Origin: the human T2T-CHM13v2.0 reference genome, Homo sapiens
DNA length: 64,000 nt
Reading direction: 5' to 3' (one strand)
Assembly: GCF_009914755.1 (NCBI RefSeq)
Contig: NC_060935.1
Below the pieces are notes generated by a model that was not told where the DNA came from, ran no database searches, and worked only from the letters and a program-made list of their open reading frames with translations. The position numbers and the translations under genes were made by a program. Each line of letters starts with the position of its first letter. The first letter of the stretch is position 1. This document shows positions 55,050 through 64,000 of this stretch, one piece after another.

Positions 55050-55845
55050 GCCATATTTTGGAAAGAGACCAGTTGGGAGATTTTAGTGGATGGCCTTGAG
55101 CCACGGAAAAGTAACCCCCCCAGCATTGCTGCAGGCACTGCAGGTCATTGAACACAGGGGTGATCTAATCTATGATGCACCAGAACAGATCATTTTCCAG
55201 CAGGTTGTGAAGGGGAGAGAACAGTCAACCATTTAGGATGGAACTGGTGAGATTTAAAAGGCCTTAATCAGGAGAGTAGCAAAGGGATGAAAAGCTATAA
55301 GGAGATTTTTATGAATAGGATCAGGATTGGGCAGCTGTTTTGATATTGGGAATCAGAGACAGGAAAAGAAGTTTCCAAGTCTCTGAGACAGTGTTGGAAA
55401 GAATGGTGGTTTAGCTTCTGATCTTAGCTTGTGCATATGTAGGAGGAAGGGAAAATTTTGGCCATAGGGTTTGAGGAGGCTGTGAGGGCCAATGAGAGGC
55501 AGTTAGAAAGGTGCAGCTGGAACCAGGAGACAGCATGGAGTTTGATGCCATTTAAGAAACTTCTACATAGCAATTACTCTGTATAGGTGAAGGTGAAGGT
55601 ACCTAGCAAGGAGGCTTACTAAATGAAAAAGAACAAATGGCCAAGCATTGGTCTTTGGGGAATGGTTTTATTTAACGTTCAGACAGAGAAGAATGGACAG
55701 GATGAGAAGGCATGACCAACAGTGGTAGAAGCTGCAAAAAATGGTTTAGGAGATCAGGAGAGGACACTGGTTTTAACTCCTAAGACATCATTGGAGATCT
55801 GTAAGAAAGCAAGTTCACTGGAATGGGAGGGACCATGCTGCAAGA
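55050..55845 (-). mobile_element. L2 (degenerate)
   Basis: Purine-rich sequence with L2-antisense-like motifs (tggccttgagcc…caggggtgatctaatc…gagtttgatgccattta). Confidence 0.5.
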
Positions 55846-55981
55846 CTTGTTAAAATGAAGATTCCAGGGTTTTGCCATAGACCTTATAAACCACAATGTC
55901 CAAGACTGAGGCCTCGGGAAGCTGCATTTTTGTCACCCTCCCCAAGTGATTCTTATGTACATGAAAGTTTGAGAACCTTTG
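55846..55981 (+). mobile_element. MER5A/B fragment
   Basis: cttgttaaaatgaagattcc…ctgcattttt…ccccaagtgattcttatgtacatgaaagtttgagaacc. Confidence 0.8.
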
Positions 55982-56623
55982 GAATAGAGAAAAATGTCAT
56001 AGTGCCCGGCACAGCCCTAAGCAGACATTGGTTATTTACAATTGTTTTCCTTAACCTATAAAATCCCTTTAAAAGCCAAATGTAGCTAGGCTGTGTCTTA
56101 CCATTATAAAGGCATGTGGAAAATAGTATCCTTAAAACCTTCACCTGGGTCTCAGTTATACTCAGAGCAGAGATCCACTTTAAAGTAGTATAAACAGGCA
56201 AGCTATACAAATATGTTTTGAAGGCTGAATTGAGAATTAAGAGCATAAATTGAGAATTGAGTGTCTGGTTCATTGTAAACAATCAAATGTTTCTATTATC
56301 AAATTTTAAAAGACAAATATTTTGCTTAGAATTACAAAGGACAAAAAGCTCAACAAAGTTACCTTGCCCAGTGAGTTTGAGTTTTTAAAAGGCTATAAAT
56401 CACTGGTTTAGAACACAGTTACATATGTAAGACACACATAAGATGCAGAAATCACCATAACACCCATAAGCAAAAAAATTTGTGATGTTTAAAATAATAA
56501 TTTAATGATTTTCCTTTAGAAAATGTGAAAATTAATGAAGAAGTAAGTTAAAACCACTTATAATTTCATCACCTGAAGAAAACTGTTAAAATTTGGTGCA
56601 CAGCCTTCTAATCTCATCCGTGG

Positions 56624-56945
56624 CAGTGGTTTCTCAAACTTCTTGATCTCACAACACCTTTATAAACTTAAAAGATCTTTAAGGATCCCCAAAGGGCTTC
56701 TGTTTTTATGGATTATATTTATTGATATTTACTGTATTGGAAATTCAAACAGAACATTTTAAAATATGTATTTATTGAAAATAAGAATAAGCCTATTACA
56801 TATTAGCACAAATAACATAATGTTAATGAAAAATGATATTTTCCTAAAGAGTTGAACTGTTTTACATTTTTTCAGATATCTTTAATACCCAACATAATAC
56901 AAAATAAATGAATTGTCATATACATTCCATTAGCTTCAGAGCAAT
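56624..56945. mobile_element. Charlie1-type terminal fragment
   Basis: cagtggtttctcaaactt…ggatccccaaagggcttctgtttttatggattatatttattgatatttactgtatt. Confidence 0.75.
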
Positions 56946-57386
56946 GATATCTTAGGCTTCTGCCTGCCCCTCTATCTCCCCTCCACAGGTTCCCTTGACC
57001 ACCTTTTGAAAACTACTCCTCTGTGATAAACACACAGAAAAGGACACATGGGCAGGGATGCGGGGATGGTAGGGGAGTTCACTGTATTGTTGCTATCATA
57101 GTGCCCAACACACAATAGATGCTCAATAAAATTGTTGAATGAGTAAATAAAATGCACATTTTTAACCTAAAAAATACTTTGTTACTCACTTTTTCACTTC
57201 TTTTTCAATGGAATTGCAATATATATGTCTTTGACACAAGCAGCTTTAACTCTACAGGCTCAGGTGGAAGTTTTTAGCATTGAGGCATTCAGTATTACTT
57301 AGATATTCAAGCTGGAAACAGCCAGTGTTTGTTGGAAAAAAATCTTTGAAAAGAACATGTAATTAATTTTAAGAAATCTGCAACTA

Positions 57387-57676
57387 GGCTGGGCATGGTG
57401 GCACACTCCTGTAATCCCAGCACTTTGGGAGGCCAAGGCGAGTGGACCGCCTGAGCCCAGGAATTTGAAACCCTGTGTCTGCAAAAAATATAAAACATTA
57501 ATTGGCACGGTGGTGTGCACCTAATAGTCCCAGCTACCTGGGAAGCTAAGATGGGAAGATCACCTGAGCTCCGGAAGTCGAGACTGCAGTGAGCCATGAT
57601 TGCACTATTGCATTCCAGCCTGAGCAACCCAGTGAGACCCTGTCTAAAAAAAAAAAAAGCAAAAGAAAGAAAAAAA
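57387..57676 (+). mobile_element. AluJ with a ~23-nt deletion in the left arm
   Basis: Dimeric Alu; degenerate TSD aaatctgcaacta / aaatctccaatta. Confidence 0.93.
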
Positions 57677-59589
57677 AATCTCCAATTAGTGCCAAAGGAA
57701 CAAATGCAGTGCTTATTGGTAAACTGTCATGGGCAATTTAGGGTTCTTGCCAAGAACAAATTTGTAAACTTTTTGTCTTACGCATTAACATTGTTTCATT
57801 ACATGAGTTCTTCAATAGCATTATCTATAGTTGCTGCCTAATACTTCATTAGATTGGTGTGCTCTAATTTATTTTTTAAGTTCTCTACTGATGAATACTT
57901 AAGATTGTTGTGATTTTTAAAAATTTCCACTTTTATATATAGTATTGCTTTAGTATCTTTCTACCTCCGTGCACTCCTATTCCCTTCAGAAGTGAAACCG
58001 TCAATAGCATACAAAATGTGTGTATTTCTCATTGTTCAAAAGGCCTCCTGAAGACATTGTATCAATTTTGATGAATTTTTAAAATTTCTCTTATGTTTAA
58101 GATAAGCACTGGCAAATTTTGCACACTGACCCAATCAAACTTTTGTTAAGTTTCCTCATTAAATGCATTAGACGGCATTTAGAATGAGGAATGAGGCTGG
58201 TGGGCAGATTATTTTTCCAATGATAAGGGAAGAAATGGCTTTCAGAACTGTGCCATTACCTCACTCTCCCAAGCAGTAAGAGGCAGGATTTTCAAAATCT
58301 TTTTCAAAGAGAGATTAGAATCTTCTGAAGAGAGATACAATAGGTGACAGTGTTATTTTCACATCCTCTTCAATACACCAAGACAGTAAAAGAGGAAGCG
58401 TTAGCACCTGAGGAAACTTCACTGTTACAGAGTCTACATTAAATCATCAAAGCTCTCTGCAGAGTTAACACCTGCAGTTACAGATCTCGGCAGAAGAAAA
58501 TTCCGTCTAGTCAGTGCACAGATAATTGAAAAGTCATGACAGGTAGTATTTTGTGCTGTGTGATTTTGACACATTTAACAATATGTATGTCTTTATTTAT
58601 TTAGCGATATAATTATTCTGTATGCTTTTCCCCTCCCTCAACCAGTCCCATAAAATACTATAAATACAAGTAAGGAGAACATATATGTCTAAAATATTAA
58701 TTACAAGATTTGGGGTACATTTTAAAGTGTAGTTTTGAAAATTAGGTCATTGTAAAGAATATTGTAATCACTTCTACAACTTCGGAGATTGTTTCCTTAT
58801 CGATCTCTTTATAATTTGTCTTAATGGTTCAAAGAAATATGACTTATTGTTTACTGGAGGAAGCTGTTGCTATTAGAAAATGTGATTTTTTGGAAAAATA
58901 TTTCCTTTTTTTTAGGAAAATGGTTCTGAAGTCCTCAGTAATATCCTGATCAAATCAAATGGTTATAGTTGGCTAGAAGATTTATAGGGAAAAAGTTTAT
59001 ATTCTATTTGAGACTACCATAGTCTGATTCTTAGAAGTCTTCAGAACCTGATAATGTTCTCACTTCCAACCTCTATGCAACCAACATACCCACGTGCATG
59101 TGTTCATGTGCACACACACAGTTCTTTAAAGTCCTGTCCTTCTCTGAGTGCCTCTACTTCCTCAGTTCTTCCTTAGACCATGTTTCACTGGGACGTTGTG
59201 CTGTGTGGGCTGAGGGTCATTCCCAAATCTGCCCCGCTAGCAAGCTTTCTGAAAGTACAGCCTGAGGCTCACCTCTGATGAAAAGACTGGAGGCAGGTCC
59301 AGAATTTTCCTCTCTACACCTTCCAATCTTCAGATAGTCTTTGGGAACCCCAGTTTAAATGGCTGGACCTCATTCTGGAAGTGTAGGGTTAAGATCCAGG
59401 GTTGAGCTCCAACAGGGAAATGAAATTATAATGTAATGCTGCTGCTTTGGGAGAGCTGTGGATGCAAATGCTGCTGACGCTGCTTTGCAGGTATAGTGCT
59501 GGGACCCCAAGGAGGATAGATAAGGTGCCCTGAATCTTTAAAAAGACTCATCATGTAGAAAATGAACCCAGAACATCTTTCCTTTTTCT

Positions 59590-60260
59590 CACTCATTCAT
59601 TTAGCTAACATTTCCTGAGTTATACTACTAAGCATCAGACATCGTTCGTGGAGATTTTATTGTGTCTAGGGGAGAAGATAAAAATATCAGCAATAATAAC
59701 AAAATACCAGATACTAACACCATGCAGACTTGAAGCAGGAAGATATGATAGTTCCCTGGGCAGCTATTTCAGAGAAGGCCTGACCTTCAGCAAAGTTCTT
59801 GAAATTTAAGATGAACCTGAAGTACATGGCCATGTGAAGATCAAGAGGAAAACATCTCAGGACATGGACATAGCTGGCCTGAGGTGGGAATGAATTTGGC
59901 ATGTTTGAAGGAAAGAAAGAGGGCCATTGTGACTGGAGTAGAGTAGGAGAGCAGAGGCAGGGACACAAAGAGGCAGGGGAGACCACCCGGCACCTGACTG
60001 CATATAGTTTGTGGGCCAGAGTAGGAAGCCAGTTGAAGGGTTGTCAGGGAAGTAATGTGATCTGATGGGCATTTTAAAGCTGCCCTCTGGCTGCTCTATA
60101 GATAATGGATTGTAAGGGAATAGAGGTTCTAGGAAGCCAGGAAGCCATTTAGCCAACCAGGTTGGAAATGCTATTGTCTTGGACTCTGGTTGTGGAAGAG
60201 ATGATAAGTACTTGGAGTTGGGATCAGTTGCAAGTCTTACCAAGGTTATTGAATGTTGCA
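59590..60260 (-). mobile_element. L2
   Basis: cactcattcatttagctaacatttcctgag tail; ggcctgaggtgggaatgaatttggcatgtttgaagga…gtgatctgatgggcattttaaagctgccctctggctgct. Confidence 0.85.
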
Positions 60261-61043
60261 GATTAAAGGAGACCCGCCTGGTGCCTTGATTAGCAGCCTC
60301 AGATTTTGCCTTTTTAGTGTTGGCTCAAATATTTTTGGATCATATCTCATATGTAACTCCTAAATTCTGACTTCACTTGAAAAAAAAAAAGAGTATCTGG
60401 TATGCTGAGCATGAATTTGCATATAGTGACAGAGGTTGGGAGCTGAGTGGTTGGCTTCTCTTGTTAAGGATGGGTGTACCCTGGTTTGCAAAGCCTCCAC
60501 CTGTCCCCATCATCTTCTTGATGGTGAAGCTATAGTTGGTTGCCATTTATCATCAACTTATCCTATTATTTTTCCTATATCACGCCCAATCAACTTACTT
60601 AGCATATTCTTTAAGCCTTTCAATTTTTGGATCTCACCTCAGATAGTCTGAACATGAAAGTGGGGGAAAAAAAAGCTTTGGGGTACCTAGGAACCTTCGT
60701 TCCTACATAGCTGTAAAAACAGCCTATTTAGCAACTTATTAAACAGTTAAATAATAGCAGTCTCTAAAACCAACCTATATTGTTATAAGCCAGGGATTAC
60801 CCTGGAGAGCATTGCCTAGAAACACAAGAAAGGTTTCTAGTGTGCTAGTAATCCTTGATTTCTTGATCTGGTAATATGATTGTGTTCAGTGCAAAAAGCA
60901 CCGATGTACACTCATATATGCACTTTATGTACATTATGTTCCAATTACAAGTAAAAATTAATAGCATTCTTGAAGAAGAGTTTTAAATATAGATGTCCTT
61001 AGGTTGAGTGTTGAGGTTTTGACAAGTTGTCTTGCTCTTTCAG

Positions 61044-61123
61044 CCAAGCCAAAGCCATGTACTCCTGTAAAGCAGAGCACAGTCATGAGCTTTCCTTCCC
61101 ACAAGGAGCAATATTTTCTAATG
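61044..61123 (+). CDS. ARHGAP42: ARHGAP42 exon ~23 (80 nt), SH3 N-half: [26 protein letters not shown]
   Basis: Acceptor tttcag|C and donor ATG|gtaagt; SH3 AxY…ELSF motif. Confidence 0.96.
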
Positions 61124-61282
61124 GTAAGTATGTCAATTCCCTCTGCCTAAGTTTGTCATCATGGGGAGGATGAAGGAATAGTATGGTGGTATGAGTCTAA
61201 AGTAGAAGCCAGAAGCCTCAGATTTTATCCCATGTCCTGCCTCTCATAACGGGCATGCATGAACACATCAAATCCCTCTGGG

Positions 61283-61340
61283 TGGCATGCATCTGTAGTC
61301 CCAGCTGCTTAGGAGGGTAAGCCCAGCCCAACCCACAAAA

Positions 61341-61379
<39 letters not shown>

Positions 61380-61382
61380 ATA
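61283..61382 (+). mobile_element. Deleted Alu monomer fragment whose tail became (TAAA)n
   Basis: gtggcatgcatctgtagtcccagctgcttaggagg followed by (taaa)n. Confidence 0.75.
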
Positions 61383-61674
<292 letters not shown>

Positions 61675-61849
61675 CATTTTAAAATTCCCTCTGGATTCAT
61701 TCCTCTCCTGCAGGCATTTGTGTGTATGTACCTGTTTGTACATGTGTGTGAGACAGAGAGATTGTTTTATTTGACTATGTGAATGCAAAGGACATTCCAA
61801 CTTTAGAGGGCTGTGACATTGTTTTGTTTGGACGTTTGAGTTGAGTGTA

Positions 61850-62158
61850 TAGTTGGACCCTCTACATTCCAGAATTTTTGCATGCACACTTTAACCAACC
61901 ATGGATCAAAAAGGTTGGAAAATAAATAGATAAATAATAATACAAATTTTAAAAATATATAGTATAACAACTATTTACATAGTATTTACATTGTAAAAGG
62001 AATTACAAATAATCTAGAAATGATTTAAAGCATACAGGAGGATGTCCCTAGGGTATATGCAAATATTACATCATTTTATATCAGGGACATGAGCATGCAC
62101 AGTTTCTGGTATCCACAAGGGGTCCTGGAACTAATCCCCCACAGATACTGAGGACTGA
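61850..62158. mobile_element. Tigger3a/b (GOLEM/MER7-type)
   Basis: tagtataacaactatttacatag…aatctagaaatgatttaaag…ggggtcctggaactaatcccccacagatactgagg. Confidence 0.88.
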
Positions 62159-62247
62159 CAATCCGATGTGGGTGTTTAACCCATCTGTTTATATAATTAT
62201 TTGACACTAATGTTGACTGAGTGCTATTTATTTATTTATTTTGCCAG

Positions 62248-62336
62248 TGTACCCATCAGTGGAACCAGGATGGTTAAAGGCAACTTATGAAGGCAAAACA
62301 GGACTAGTTCCAGAAAATTATGTTGTCTTCCTCTAA
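62248..62336 (+). CDS. ARHGAP42: ARHGAP42 last exon (~24), coding part, SH3 C-half: (V)[28 protein letters not shown]
   Basis: Acceptor tgccag|TG; GW and GLxPxNYV SH3 motifs; TAA stop at 62334-62336. Confidence 0.97.
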
Positions 62337-64000
62337 TACTATTTAGTGGATGGCAGTATCTTCATGGTATCCATGGTAACGAATAAATGCTATGATTTTA
62401 TCTGACACAGATACACGGGGATCAGCCCACTAAGTGAAAACAGTCAATTTCTATCAAGTTCTTCACCAGCAGACTATGTAGCTCCTTATTAATGGAAAAA
62501 AAGATTTAAATTGTTGGCCATTCTTTTTTGGTTGGTTTCTTATTTTAAAATATCTTACTTGTGAAAAATGTGTTTTTGGATAATATGTAACTCTCCACAA
62601 TGTCGCTTCCGTAGCAATTGTAGAGTTTCAAATACTGTGTTAAATACTGTATCCCAGAAATTTGGAAACCAGAAATCTGCTATATGGATTTTGAGATCTG
62701 TCCTTTACTGCCTGGCATTCTCTGAGGATCTCTGAAATTGTTACTTAAAAATGTAATTTAAATTGTTCATTTATTTTTTTTTTTTTCTTAGAAATATACT
62801 GCTTTTATATATGATTGTTTTGCTGGTCCTAAACATTTCAAGGATGTAAGTCTTTGTTTTAATATAACTTTATTTGTTTTCCAAGTAGATGATAATATTC
62901 AAAAGCAATAATGTATATGATATCTATAAAGGAAGCAAAATTAAGTCATACACTGATTCCACTGTAAACAATCTGTCCAGAATTCCAGACACCTTCAGCA
63001 AACTTTTTCTGTAAAGGCCTGATAGCAAATATTTTTGTGGTGGGTTGAATTTGGCTTATGGGTTATAGTTTGCTGACACCTAGTTTAGAGGGTGTGTAAA
63101 ACTATCTTCATAACTTTGAGATTTTTATAAAATTTTACATGAAAATATACTGATAAATTATATGCACATATTTTCTACCAGTAGCATTATAGTGGCATCA
63201 TAGAAGAATATTTACCAATGATGGGGAAACTGTAAAACTACAGTATCAAGGCATACAACTTAAATTCCACTTGGAAGATTGTAAAGTGTCAAAGTATTTT
63301 AATGATAATTTAATTTGGGCTTTTGAAATGTTCTTCTACAAATGAAAAAGATGTTTAAAAACGTTACAAGGGAAGCTATGCCTTCTGAAGTCTATCCTTA
63401 GTTGAAACAGAAAATAAACACAAAGGTACAAGATCCTTAAATTATTTTGAACCACAGAGGTTGAAATTGTTTTGTGATCTTCAGCAGAAATAAAATCTGT
63501 ACATGATTTTCTTTTATGCCTTTTAGTTTACAGTCTTTATTAGCAATTTCAGTGAATTTGTAGAGCATAGTAATAGGTATTTACTGTCCACTTATATATA
63601 TCAGCATCTGGTCATGCACGAACCATTAATTCTATATTTCTATTTCAATAATTCTAATATATTATTTCTATAAATGTAATATCTGTATGTGGCAAAGAGC
63701 CTTTCTTCTCAAGATCCTGAAAAGCTGGTTACCTGCCCTTTGAGTGCCACAGTCCTGAACTGCTTGTTCTTGACATCTTGCATATTACTTCAGAGTTCCC
63801 CACTGTGCAGACTCTCAGGTATTAACTGTAAAAAACTCTTTACATGCCATTATTATCTGTAATCTCTATCTCTTCTACTTTAAATTAATGTTTCTAGAAT
63901 TAATAGGTTAAATACACATACACACACACAACTATGCCTCAGAAAAGTTAGGCTTTTACAAATAAAAAGAATAAGATTAGAATTAACAAGTAGAGAGAAT
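62337..64000 (+). other. ARHGAP42: ARHGAP42 3'UTR (may continue past the window)
   Basis: AU-rich sequence after the stop; AATAAA at 62382, 63413, 63489 and 63961. Confidence 0.85.
62986..63082. mobile_element. Internally deleted MER58-like MITE in the 3'UTR
   Basis: cagcaaactttttctgtaaagg…gaatttggc…tagtttgctgacacct; both termini are retained. Confidence 0.75.

Overview
This is AT-rich, CpG-depleted primate genomic DNA, probably human: it carries Alu, L1, THE1 and MADE1 elements, and the spliced protein matches my recollection of the human sequence. The window holds the 3' part of ARHGAP42 (GRAF3, BAR-PH-RhoGAP-SH3) on the + strand. I read 18 coding exons by hand, all with GT/AG boundaries and consistent phases. 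They total 2028 nt (675 aa + TAA at 62334-62336) and are followed by about 1.7 kb of 3'UTR. The numbering as exons 7-24 is inferred from the known 874-aa, 24-exon gene. The introns hold the usual mammalian repeats: about 12 Alu/FLAM copies, L1, L2, MIR, a full-length Tigger1, MER1B, Tigger3/4, MADE1, and THE1/MLT solo LTRs. Repeat subfamily names come from recalled consensus sequences, and the boundaries of old repeats are approximate. I found no prokaryote-style system (CRISPR, operon, defence island) and no new protein-coding gene. The items most worth checking are a 40-bp micro-retroinsertion with a perfect 20-bp TSD, a sense-strand U13 snoRNA retrocopy, a MADE1 hairpin with an apparently compensatory base pair, a candidate stop-containing cryptic exon before the SH3 exons, Alu geometry favouring an exon 8-12 circle, and a perfect 39-bp duplication.
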